A DNA stretch of 64,000 bases, taken from positions 28,210,001 to 28,274,000 of the forward strand of contig NC_043002.1 of assembly GCF_006345805.1 (NCBI RefSeq), in the 5' to 3' direction. The translations under genes were made by a program, and so were the position numbers. This document shows, in pieces, positions 12,931 through 23,654 of the stretch (positions are counted from its first letter, which is position 1; each line of letters begins with the position of its first letter). This stretch comes from Octopus sinensis. Taxonomy: Eukaryota. Below the pieces are notes generated by a model. It had not been told where the DNA came from. It did not search any database and worked only from the letters and a program-made list of their open reading frames with translations.

Positions 12931-13002
12931 CAAATCAATGGCAGATTTAATAATATTTTCAATAGTGAAAGTGGGTTTCGTGGAAATGGTGGCAGAGGGC
13001 AT
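12931..13002 (-). CDS. Candidate first coding exon of a transcriptional repressor with an eh1-like motif (MPSATISTKPTFTIENIIKSAIDL, then intron)
   Basis: ATG at 13002 with A at -3 (gaaagtATG). 24 codons ending TTG|GTGAGT, a perfect donor at 12930-12925. FTIENII fits the eh1 consensus F(S/T)I..I(L/I). The surrounding sequence is unique and non-repetitive. No downstream exon was identified. Confidence 0.42.
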
Positions 13003-13241
13003 ACTTTCTTGTTTGTTTTTGTTTCTTGCTTCTGTCTTTTTTTCGTAGACGGCAGACGACAGCAGACAGAGGGTGGTGAGAGGTGGCGAAAGACGGCAGT
13101 AGGAGGCGGCAAATAGCGGATAAAGACGAAGGTTGATGACGATGACGTAGGGTGGGAGAGTATTAGTTAGTGGTGCTAGTGAGTAGCGAAGAATGTCGTA
13201 AAGTGGTGAGGTGTGGCGGATAAGTAACAAACAGAAACGAA

Positions 13242-13255
13242 TTATATAAGGGCGG
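13242..13255 (-). promoter_or_regulatory. Candidate core promoter: GC box (CCGCCC) abutting TATATAA about 240 bp upstream of the candidate ATG
   Basis: Minus strand reads ctCCGCCCtTATATAAttcg. Confidence 0.3.
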
Positions 13256-13301
13256 AGAGATCGTGAATGGATAGAGTAGTAGTAATAGGGGATATTAAAG
13301 C

Positions 13302-13337
<36 letters not shown>

Positions 13338-13348
13338 GAGAGAGAGAT

Positions 13349-13413
<65 letters not shown>

Positions 13414-13782
13414 CCATTTAGTGCTGTAGAGGTTTGCAGAAGAGAGAGGAAGTGAATGCGGAGTGAAAGGGTGGAAGAGTAACAACGTTGGTGGAGTGAG
13501 GAAATGACAAGGATGACGGAATCAAACGAATGAGGACGAAGGTTGATCCCTGAAGTTAAAAGAGGTTGTTAAAAGGTGAAAAGTGCGTCCATTGGTGCTA
13601 AGGTTGTTGACGGGTAAGGAAATATGGTTAAAGGGTGGCTAATATATATAGGATGTGAAAACTTGACACAAGATGGCAACAACTGAAAAGAAAGTGACAA
13701 AGGGTAAGAGACAGGGTTAAATATTAACCCTTTGAGCCCGTAACAACAGTTTACCGGTATATGGATTATTCTTCTCTATACC

Positions 13783-14013
13783 TATTTCTTTACTACCCAC
13801 AAGGGACTAAACACAGAGAGGACAAACAAGGACAGACAAACGGATTAAGTCGATTATATCGACCCCAGTGTGTAACTGGTACTTATTTAATCGACCCCGA
13901 AAGGATGAAAGGCAAAGTCGACCTCGGCGGAATTTGAACTCAGAACGTAGCGGCAGACCGAATACTGCTAAGCATTTCGCCCGGCGTGCTAACGTTTTTG
14001 CCAGCTCGCCGCC
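13783..14013 (-). mobile_element. Full-length family A SINE with 17-bp TSD
   Basis: TTATTCTTCTCTATACC is present at 13766-13782 and 14014-14030. Intact head GGCGGCGAGCTGGCAAAAACGTTAGC and B box. Confidence 0.92.
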
Positions 14014-14169
14014 TTATTCTTCTCTATACCGTAGCACCGGTAGAGTGCCAAGTATATGGTCAAATAAGGTTCAGGAGGTCAGGGCTCAAAGGATTAATGT
14101 TAATGAAGAGTATGTTAGTCTAATGGGGTTAACTGTTGTTGTTATTGTTGTTGATGTAGTTTATTCCTA

Positions 14170-14595
14170 GACCAATACTGACGAGTAAGACTTTGATCGT
14201 TAGTTTTCCAGCCGTGACCATCCCGGTTTAAGTTCAGAATGTGAGCTATATCCAACGCGTAATTTCGCTTTTAAAACAGCATACTGATTTCTTGAGGATT
14301 TGACTTCTGTTTTGAGCAGATCGAGCGGTCACGTAGAACTAGCTGGAATAACAACAGTTGTCGTTGTCGTTGTAATTATAGTTATTCTTATTGTTTCTGT
14401 GTTTAAACCCATGTATTCTCTGATCAAATAGTTGTGATGAAAGGCATATTCAACCGCGACATCCTATCATTACTTATGGTCTGGGAACCAGAACATTATG
14501 CAATGTAACCTTCCTTTTGTAAGAAGATACAGTGTAATCTGGTAGAGTTTTGCGGCTATTTCTAGTTTGTCGACTATTCACAGAGGTTCTCCCCA
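14170..14595. repeat. Old unclassified interspersed repeat, two tandem remnants (related pieces at 25250-25400, 25500-25690, 47990-48130)
   Basis: Recurrent blocks such as tatccaacg/tgtccaatgtg, gagtgtaat(c/t)tg and gctatttctag. Confidence 0.4.
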
Positions 14596-14839
14596 AACTA
14601 GACAATTGACGAGGCAAAAGTTTGCAGAAGAGGGGTTTTCAGTAAAAGCAACCACGCGTTACCCAAGAATGACCGTCGTTTAATTAGAGTTCGGTGGATT
14701 TCGACATGGCAAATGATGAAGGGTGTAGAGGGTAGAAGACGGGGGATAAATGGTGAGTGGTAGTGGTGGTGATGTTGGTAAGGGAAAGGGTATGAGGGCT
14801 GCGAAAGCTTGACTATTTGTGTGACAGAAATAGGATTCA

Positions 14840-15930
14840 CAGTGACGGCAGAAACAGTAGCGGTGCTGGTGCTAGTGGTACTGGTAGGATGGTGGTACTG
14901 GTGATGGTGGATTGATGGTAGTGGTGGTGCTGGTGGATGTGTTGCTGATGGTTATAGTGATGTTGATGGTAGTTATGTTGGTAGTGATGGCCGTGATAAT
15001 GGTAATAGTGAGGGAAGTGGTTATTGGCAATGGTAGTGGTGACTGTGGTGGTTGCGGTTGTAGTTATAATGGTGGTGGTGATAGTGGTGGTAGTGTTGAT
15101 AATGATGATGATGTTGGTGTAGTGGGTGGGGTGACGATAAGGTGATGATGGTGGCAGTGATGTTGGCGATAGCGGTGGTGGTGTTGATAACAATGGTAAT
15201 GGTGGGGTGGGTGTAGTGGCGGCGGCGGCGGCGGTGGTGGTGGTGGTGGTGGTGGTGGTGATAATGAGGGTGAATTTTCTGTTTGTCTCATATCAGAAAA
15301 AACAGTGGGTTATTTGTTTAATGAGGGTGTCAGGGTAGAGAGTGTGGTATAAAAAGGTAAGATGTGGGAGAAAGTGGAAGTGGCGTAAAGGATAAGGGAG
15401 TGAGGAAGAAGGGAGTGGACAGATGGTGGGACTCAAACGAAAGAAAACAAAAGAAAAACAAAACAAAACAATTAAAAAGAAAATCTTATTGTTGTTGCTT
15501 TTGTTATTATTGCAGTTACCTCTACTGTAGTTGCTGGCAATGTTTTGTTGTTGTTGTTGCTGCTGTTGTTAGTGAGGATGGGGTGCGGGTGGGACGATGC
15601 GCGGTAAGTGGTGGTGGGGATGAGCAATGGGAAGCGGTGTTGATGGGGCGGGGGGGGTAGTGGTGGTTTTTACTTTCGACGACTGCCACGACGACGATGA
15701 TACTAATAATAACGACGACGATGGTAATGAGATATGATGAAGGTGATGGTGACGACGACGACGACGATGATGACGATGATGATAGAGAGGAAGAGGAAGA
15801 GAAAGGCGGAGGAGGAAAAGAAAAGAAAAGAAGAAGAAGAAGAAGAAGAAGAAGAAGAAGAGAAGAAGAAGAAGAAGAAGAAGAAGAAGAAGAAGAAGAA
15901 GAAGAGAAGAAGAAGAAGAAGAAGGCGGAA
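14840..15930. repeat. Compound trinucleotide microsatellite region (GGT/GAT/GGC/GAC/AAG)
   Basis: Direct reading; this is the source of the poly-V/T/S/E ORFs. Confidence 0.9.
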
Positions 15931-16289
15931 GTCGAGGTCATACCGTTTGATTATAATCGATTCGCGCATTAATATATATGTGTATTTTGCATAGAGGTTT
16001 CATTGTAGATCATTGTTTTCAAAGCTCTCCACAGCAGATCACAATGATTTCTTTAGCTTCCACAATGATTTCGTCAGCGGAACCAAGAAGTATTATTGCT
16101 ATAATGGGATATCTAGTTTGTTTGGGTCTAAATCTAAACATTCCCTTTTACCTTTAGAATAATTTTCTTTTTTTCGATGGTATATTGTGTTTTCTTTTCC
16201 TTTTGAGCTAACTGTCAAATTTATACCGAACACTACACCACTGATGAAAAAAATCTGTTTCTCGTACCAGCAACAATGGCAGCCAAACA

Positions 16290-16800
16290 ATAATTATTTT
16301 TCCGCTGGTTTATTTTTCAGCCCAACATTTAGCATCTCTTTGATATATCTTTGCTACACTATTGATGAAGCAATCCCTGTTTATCTCTATAGTTTACTAT
16401 CCATTGTTCATCCAATAACAATAAGGTGGCACATGGTCGCCACAGCTACGAACCCATGAAACTCTAATGCCGCTGAAATACTGTAAATTATCATTCTCGT
16501 GTGTGATATTCCACACCGAGTTTCTTACATTTCTTAAGATTTATTTCATATGTCCACTCCATAGTAATTTCCCAATACACCGTTATCCCAACATTCACGA
16601 TATCTTTATGAATCAGTCAAAGTCGTAAAGTTGAGTCGTAAAGGTCGTTTTTGCAATGCAATACTACTTACGTACACGACCAATTCTTTCAAATCAAAAG
16701 TACACTTCCTAATCATTAGTACCTGATGATCGATTATGTATGAATCGGAATTCGTTTTCCGATGGTAATCTATGCAGTAATTCCAGTGGTTCTGCCTACA
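16290..16800 (-). mobile_element. Possible very decayed LINE reverse-transcriptase relic
   Basis: Minus-strand pieces IIDHQVLMIRK, NDLYDS and MLG*KINQRK are in RT order (TIDHIF.LR, KAYDS, GL.IN..KT). Confidence 0.25.
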
Positions 16801-16948
16801 ATAAATGGCTCTGTCTTCATTGATGGCAGCAACACGCGCTGAAAATATTTTGCCCTGAGCGTAAAGCTACAATCTAGAAAAGACCGATAATGTATTCCTA
16901 AAAAATTGTAACGAATTAAGAGGAAATAAATTCACTAACTCATTTTCA

Positions 16949-17040
<92 letters not shown>

Positions 17041-17279
17041 CCAAGCTATGTACCTATTCTAGCTATCCAACTAACTATGTACATAAATATGTATAAATGC
17101 AGCAGGCACGCGTATCGTTTTGGAATATGATATGAACTTAATAAAAATAATACTATAATAAACAAAATTGAAGGTGTACAATTGTTCATTCTAGTTTACG
17201 ATATCTTAATATATGAATATATATTATACATATATATATATATATATATACATACATATATATATATATAATATATATA

Positions 17280-17330
<51 letters not shown>

Positions 17331-17333
<3 letters not shown>

Positions 17334-17814
17334 TAGCACTATTGCCCGGCTTTGCAAAATGGTCACATTTAATTCAAAGCGTTAAAAATGTTATGAAAGC
17401 AATGGTATGTGTTCACAAAGTCCAAACGATTAATACGAACCCCCCTCCAGGCTACATCCCGAAAATTCATTTCTTTGCCGAATTTCTACAATGTTTACGG
17501 CGATTCGTTTTTATGTCTTGATTTTTTATTTTTCATGCAATTTACGCATGCTTGCACGCGTGGTGAACACAGTTCACGTCAAACAGCTGACTGAGTAAAG
17601 TTCACTATTCAACGCATGGGATAAGGCCTAAACAAGCACATTATCGATTTTTGCACTTGCGAGATGAATTTCGGAACAGAAATAGCGCAGTACAATTTTC
17701 ATTCGCCTAAACTTTAAGTGACCCATTTTTGGTGGTTCTACGATTTGTTGGCTAAAACTCAACTTGTGTATCTGTGTGTGTGTCTGTGTGTTTAACCTTC
17801 GGCACATCTCCTCC

Positions 17815-17816
<2 letters not shown>
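17331..17816 (+). mobile_element. Non-autonomous Helitron/Helentron-like repeat in (TA)n (homologue at about 42780-43245)
   Basis: Starts TACTAGCACTATTGCCCGGCTTTGC. The ~400-bp body is nearly identical to 42828-43195. Flanked by (TA)n. Confidence 0.5.
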
Positions 17817-17868
<52 letters not shown>

Positions 17869-17871
17869 TTA

Positions 17872-17961
<90 letters not shown>

Positions 17962-17975
17962 TGTGTGTGTGTGTG

Positions 17976-18245
17976 TGACGGCGCGTGGGTTACTAGTTGG
18001 GTATTCGACTCACGATCGTAAAGATGTGAGTTCAATTCCCTGCAATTCCAAGACACTTTATTTCACATTGCTCCAGTCCACTCAGCTGGCACAAAGTTGT
18101 AGTACCTGTATTTCAAAGGATGACGCTGTGTCACGCTGAATCACCTTGAGAAATACGTTAAGTTATACGTGTCTATAGAGTGCTCAACTACATGCAGGTT
18201 AATTTCACGAGCAGACTTTTCAGTTGACCGGATCAACTGGAACTT
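17976..18245 (+). mobile_element. Diverged tRNA-derived SINE, CORE-like (related copy at 20085-20270)
   Basis: Head ggcgcgtggg..., B-box-like gagttcaattccc, and ctccagtccactcagct shared with the 20.2 kb copy. Confidence 0.55.
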
Positions 18246-18252
18246 TCATATG

Positions 18253-18297
<45 letters not shown>

Positions 18298-18445
18298 GTG
18301 TGTGTGTATGTATACACATATATATTTTGCATACACACACACACACACATAATCTGAAGGTTTCCTCTACGATCGTAATCTATTTCAATTGAGCCAATTC
18401 TAGCGAAGTAAACATTGTGTGTATTTGTCGAATTATGTATGTATG

Positions 18446-18479
<34 letters not shown>

Positions 18480-18930
18480 TGTATGTATGTATGTATGTAT
18501 GTATGTATGTATGTATGTATGTATATATATATATGTATGTATACGCGCATATATGTTTACATATTTGTGTTTGATATATACACGTGCAAATACGTGTGTG
18601 TTGTGTACTCACACAATCACGCAGGCAGAAGCATAAAGACCTTATTCACTTTGTTGACCTAGAACTGGATGTGAAACTTGAGAAGTGCATTATAGGATAG
18701 GTAATTTATACACATGAACAAATTTTACACTCATATGCAGGTATATGGATAGATTACATATAGATGTGTAACTATATACGCTCTCGGTAGAGCGTCAGAG
18801 TTGTAACCCAAAGGTTGTGGTGATGGTGGTCCAGCATGGTCACAGCTTCTAGCTGAAGCCAATCAAAGAGTTTAAGAATATATGTATTTATGTGTGTGTG
18901 TGTGTATGTGTGTGTGTGTGTATGTGCGTG

Positions 18931-18961
<31 letters not shown>

Positions 18962-19039
18962 TCATATGTATATATATATACGTAGAAGGTTAAAAAGGAA
19001 TACAAGAATTGACATATATGGAAAAATGTCAAGGTAGAA

Positions 19040-19797
19040 AATGCTAGTGTTTGAGTGTTGTTTTGATTTTTTTATTTGCAGGAAAGGGTTGTTGGAAGCG
19101 TGCTCTGTTTGAAAGATAGTTTCTTAGTTTGAGAACCAAGAGGCGCTGTTCTCCCAGCGTTAGAGGGATTTCAGTTCTTCTTTGTCACAATCCTCTTACC
19201 CTAGTTTGGAGTATCTTCTATCGATCGGCCTTGGGTCATTTTGCTAATTTCTTGGTTGATCTCTTCATCGATGGATTTTACTTTATCTTCATTCGTCTGG
19301 CCCCTCAATTTTAGAAGTTCTATTTCCATTTTCATCTTTTCAATTGCCATTCTTTCCCTGAGGCGTCTTTGTGTTTCAGGTTCATCTGTAATGGCTTTCA
19401 TCTGGAGTTTACGTGGGAGAATTTTGTTTTCGATCATCTTCCAACAGGCGAACTTTCTATCTCTGAGTGATTTGTTCCATTGTGGTACTATGTTGTGTTT
19501 CATTTGGTATGTTGTGAGAGTATTGATCCCATATACTGACAAAAACAGACAGAATCACTACCATAAATGAAGAAATACTTAAAGAACTCAAGAAAATAAA
19601 CACAAATCTGTTAACGTTTTTGAAAAAATTCGACTCGACACATGAACCCAATCGAGAGAACAATGAGGAAATCGATGAGAAAAATATGACCTCCGAAATC
19701 GTCGAAAACCTTGGAAATTTATGCGAAAGAATCAGAACATTTTTCTCTAACAACGCGAACCAAGGACCTCCAAACGAGACAGCATATGGGATTAATA
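19040..19797. mobile_element. Retroelement ORF fragment split into two inverted halves (minus 19540-19040, plus 19541-19797); possibly PLE N-terminus
   Basis: The plus half ends ...PPNETAYGIN and the minus half begins SVYGINTLTT...LPRKLQMKAITDEPE...MAIEKMKMEIELL. The family assignment is from memory only. Confidence 0.5.
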
Positions 19798-19892
19798 GTC
19801 GACCTCAGAGGAATTTGAACTCAGAGCGTAACGACAGTCGAAATACCACTAAGCATTTCGTCCGGCGTGCTAACGTTTCTGCTAGCTCACCT
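19797..19892 (-). mobile_element. Family A SINE, head only
   Basis: gtcgacctcagaggaatttgaactcagagcg...gctaacgtttctgctagctc. Confidence 0.75.
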
Positions 19893-19925
<33 letters not shown>

Positions 19926-19944
19926 TATATATATATGTGTGTGT

Positions 19945-20026
<82 letters not shown>

Positions 20027-20394
20027 ATATGAGAGTGGGCGTGTGAGTGTGTGCATGTGTGTGCGCGTGTGTGTATATGTGTGCATGAGAAGCAAGTGGC
20101 TTAATGGTTAGGGTGGTGAACAGATCGTATGATTGTGGTTGCGATTCCTGGATCGGGCAGCACGTTGTGTTCTTGAGAAAAACACTTCTCTTCACGTTCC
20201 TCCAGTCCACTCAGCTTATAAAAGTGAGTACTCCTGCCTCACACTGGCTTCCGCCTCCACGTTGGGAATATATGAGTCTTTATGACACGGGAAGGATCTT
20301 TATCCTGTACATACTTCAAAAATGTAATTACACGCGTACTATTGGCGATTTTTTCTCTCCAACTGACGTTTCCTTTGGACATTCCTATTTTTCC

Positions 20395-20430
20395 TGTTTC
20401 CGAAGAAGAGCATGCTCGAAACGTAAAACA
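20395..20430 (+). ncRNA. Minimal type I hammerhead ribozyme-like motif (U4C core)
   Basis: UGUUU CCGAAGA A GAGC AU GCUC GAAA C GU A AAACA. Stem I is UGUUU/AAACA and the cleavage triplet is GUA. Confidence 0.6.
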
Positions 20431-20605
20431 ACTACTCTTTTCCGTCTCTAAAGGTCTTATTAATACTTTACATGTGCTACGTCTTCACGTTGCTTTTTCT
20501 TCTTGTCTTTTTCTCTGTTTTTCTTCGTTTTCTTTAATTCATTATATGTGTGTGTATGTGCGTGTGTGTGCGTGTGTATGTGTGTATGAGTGTGTGTATG
20601 TATAT

Positions 20606-20926
20606 CATCGACCCTATCCCATCATCCACTCCTTCACCTGCACCTCCAGCAATATTATCTATTGCATCTCTTGCTCTCTCTGCAATTCCTTGTACATCGG
20701 ACAAACGGGACGCCGCTTGGCTGACCGGTTCGCGGAACACCTTCGTGACATCCACCTTGCGAACGACACACCGGTCTCACGCCATTTCCGCTCCACCGGT
20801 CACTCCTTGCAACACCTATCTGTGTTCGGTTTGTCCTTACACAGAGGCCATCCGGATTCCCGTTTGCGCCGTGAACAGGAATTAATCTTCTCTCTTCGCT
20901 CTTATATGCCATTTGGTCTCAACTCT
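20606..20926 (+). mobile_element. Penelope-like element GIY-YIG endonuclease fragment (5'-truncated, open frame)
   Basis: FTCTSSNIIYCISCSLCNSLYIGQTGRRLADRFAEHLRDI...HFRSTGHS...REQELIFSLRSYMPFGLN contains the PLE GIY-YIG signature (NxIYxIxC..C...YIGQT..R..EH...E...L......GLN). Confidence 0.88.
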
Positions 20927-21950
20927 CCCCCCTCCTCATCTAACCCCCCTCTCCCCCCTCCTCACCTATCCTTTCTCCCCCCGACCCCTACTTCTTCAGT
21001 CCTTCATCCTTTCACCCCTACTCCCCTTCCCTTCTTCCCTCTTTCTCCCTCCCTCTTCCCCTTCCCTCTGCTCCCTCACTTCCTCTCTCCCCCTCTCCCT
21101 CTTTCCTCCTTCACCCCCTCCTTCCCTTCCTTCTCCCCATCCTCTCCTCTTCCCCCTTCTCCTCCCCCTCTTCCCCCCCTTCTCCCCCTCTTCCCCCCCT
21201 CTCCCCCTCTTCTCCCCCTCTTCTCCCCTCCCCCTCCCCCTCTTCTCCCCTCCCCCTCTTCTCCTCACTACACCACATGACTTTACACATCACATCACAT
21301 ATGATGTGCCATACTAATACACACACCAACTAATACATACTAATACGTACTAATACATACTAGTACATACTAATACTTACACCAACCCTATACATACACA
21401 CGTCCAGACCCCGCATACGCACTTATACTCTCTCACACACACACACACATACCTATACATACCAATACGTACTAATACATACTAATACATACACCAACCC
21501 CATACATACGCACGTCCAGACCAATCTTACGCACTAATACTCTCTCATACACACACACACACACACACACACCCTTATACATACTAATACATACACCAAC
21601 CCTATACATACACACATCCAGACCCCTCCCACGCACTTTTAGCTGGTCCCTCAACCCTTTTATCAACCCTATTATCTCCCCTTATTTCGCTCTCGCGTCT
21701 CATGTTTGATCTTTGACCTCTGGCCGAAATCAGATCGCCATGTTGATTCGTTAGCTACTGCACGCATTTTTTCTCTCCTTCTTTCTGTGTTTTTCTCTCT
21801 CTGTGTATCTTTCTGTTGAAGAGCGTAGGCTCGAAACGTTAAAGACTTGTTTTATTTATATTTCCTGAGCGCCATACTAATACAATTGTTCGTTTGTTTT
21901 CCACCTGCCTTCGTCTTTTGTTTATTTTCATAAAGCTTCCCGTTATATAT
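20927..21950 (+). mobile_element. PLE 3' region: C/T-rich tract, ~100-bp tandem units and hammerhead-bearing terminus
   Basis: Follows directly from the EN fragment. Polypyrimidine 20927-21270, three repeats of tactaatac(a/t)tacaccaaccc...ccagacc, and the terminal block shared with the 1.3 kb and 58 kb copies. Confidence 0.6.
21808..21845 (+). ncRNA. Minimal type I hammerhead ribozyme-like motif with CUGUUGA core
   Basis: UCUUU CUGUUGA A GAGC guag GCUC GAAA C GU U AAAGA. Confidence 0.55.
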
Positions 21951-22649
21951 ATATATGGGTGTGTGAGTGTGCGTACGTGTGAGAGTGTATAAATATATTG
22001 TCTATGTATGTATGTATGTATGTATGTATGTATGTATGTATGTATGTATGTATGTATGTATGTATGTATATGAATGTATGTATGTATAGGTATGTATGCA
22101 CTCAATTTTATATCGGTCATCACTCACCCTTGTGATACTTACGTCGGGGCACACCAAATTTATGAGGTAGAAGGTGGGTCCAAGTCTCAAATTTATACCC
22201 TCTACACCTTAACCTTCCAAACTTCTACCACGTGCTCTTTTGACTCGACACCCTAAAAACCTCGTCATCATATATTATCGCTTTATACGTTTTTCCCTCT
22301 TGATCCGAAGAGTGTAATTGATGACTGATTATTGTGTGACACTTCATGACTCTTAATTGTTAACGGGTGGGCCGGAGTTGGAAGGGTATTAACCCTTCTT
22401 TCTACCTCTTGTATGTCGTCAGCTTTCCGTTCTTTGACATAAAAACAATCTTTAACCCCTAAAGCAAAAAGAAAAAAAATATGTGGTAAATATTACGTGG
22501 ATGACAGCTGGAACCGTCTCAACCGCATTTTCTACTTCTGTCTTCTTTTTCTCCTTCTTTATCTCTTCTTTCATTTCCTCTCTTTCCTTCTCACTTAATG
22601 CCTTAATGCCTACTTCTTTATATTTCTAGCTTCACGATCCTTTCTCTTC

Positions 22650-22687
<38 letters not shown>

Positions 22688-22689
22688 TA

Positions 22690-23128
22690 AATAAAATAAA
22701 CATATGCATATATATAAACATATATGTACGTACCTACCTCTACATGTACATATACACGCATATATGAGTACAGGACACCAAAAAGACGTCGAACACAATG
22801 AGAAACAAAAACATAGACTCAAACCAAAGGAACTGGACATTTTTTTAAACAACAAAAAAATAGAGTACAGGACAATTAACACAAAGAAAAAACCCCTTCT
22901 TCAGTCGCTATGGTTTCATCTACTCTACGTTTCGAATGTGAAAGCGAGACGTATTTTCGACAAGAAACTTTCCTTCCTGCGAAAAGCAAATCAATTAAAA
23001 TTCTGAGATCTTTTCGCAGAGGGGTAAAAAATGGTAACAAAAACAGGACAGTAACGACAGTACAAATTATAAACAGTAAAAGACAGGACAAGGAAAAACA
23101 AGATAAGGAGATATACATATATGTAACG
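22690..23128 (-). mobile_element. Second copy of the 1505-2040 repeat
   Basis: Collinear conserved blocks (see 1505-2040). Confidence 0.55.
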
Positions 23129-23130
23129 AT

Positions 23131-23415
23131 AAACGACGTCACCCTTTTCAAGCCTAGCCAGGCTCATGAGCCCGGTTTCTGTGGCGAATGTGTTCCCCCA
23201 CACCTGGACGGGACGCCAGTCCATCGCAGCGTTACTCAAGAAACAGGAAGAGAGAGTGAGAGAAAGTGGTGGCGAAAGAGTACAACAGGGGTCACCACTA
23301 CCCACTGCCGGAGCCTCTTGGAGCTTTTAGGTGTTTTCGCTCAATAAACACACACAACGCTCGGTCTGGGAATCGAAACCGTGATCCTCCGACAGCGAGT
23401 CCGCTGCCCTAACCG
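23131..23415 (-). mobile_element. tRNA-derived SINE with V/Meta-domain-like segment
   Basis: Minus strand has GCGGTTAGGGCAGCGGACTC and B box GGTTTCGATTCCC, then GCTGCGATGGACTGGCGTCCCGTCCAGG (recalled as V-SINE/MetaSINE-like). Confidence 0.6.
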
Positions 23416-23416
23416 C

Positions 23417-23449
<33 letters not shown>

Positions 23450-23535
23450 TTTTTGTATGAATGCATGTATGTATGTATGTATGTATGTATGTATATGTAT
23501 GTATGTATGAATGTATGTATGTATGTATGTATATT

Positions 23536-23566
<31 letters not shown>

Positions 23567-23618
23567 ATTTATATATATATATATAATATATGTATGTGTG
23601 CATGTAGGTATGTATGTA

Positions 23619-23654
<36 letters not shown>

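Noticed and set aside
20282-21280. 332-aa ORF as an intact gene
   Set aside because: It is a chance fusion of a PLE terminal fragment, a (TG)n tract, the GIY-YIG fragment and a C/T tract. Only 20606-20926 is protein-like.
22140-22320. Possible PLE endonuclease tail (..YPLHLN) and CCGAAGA
   Set aside because: The similarity is too weak and no hammerhead fold can be completed.
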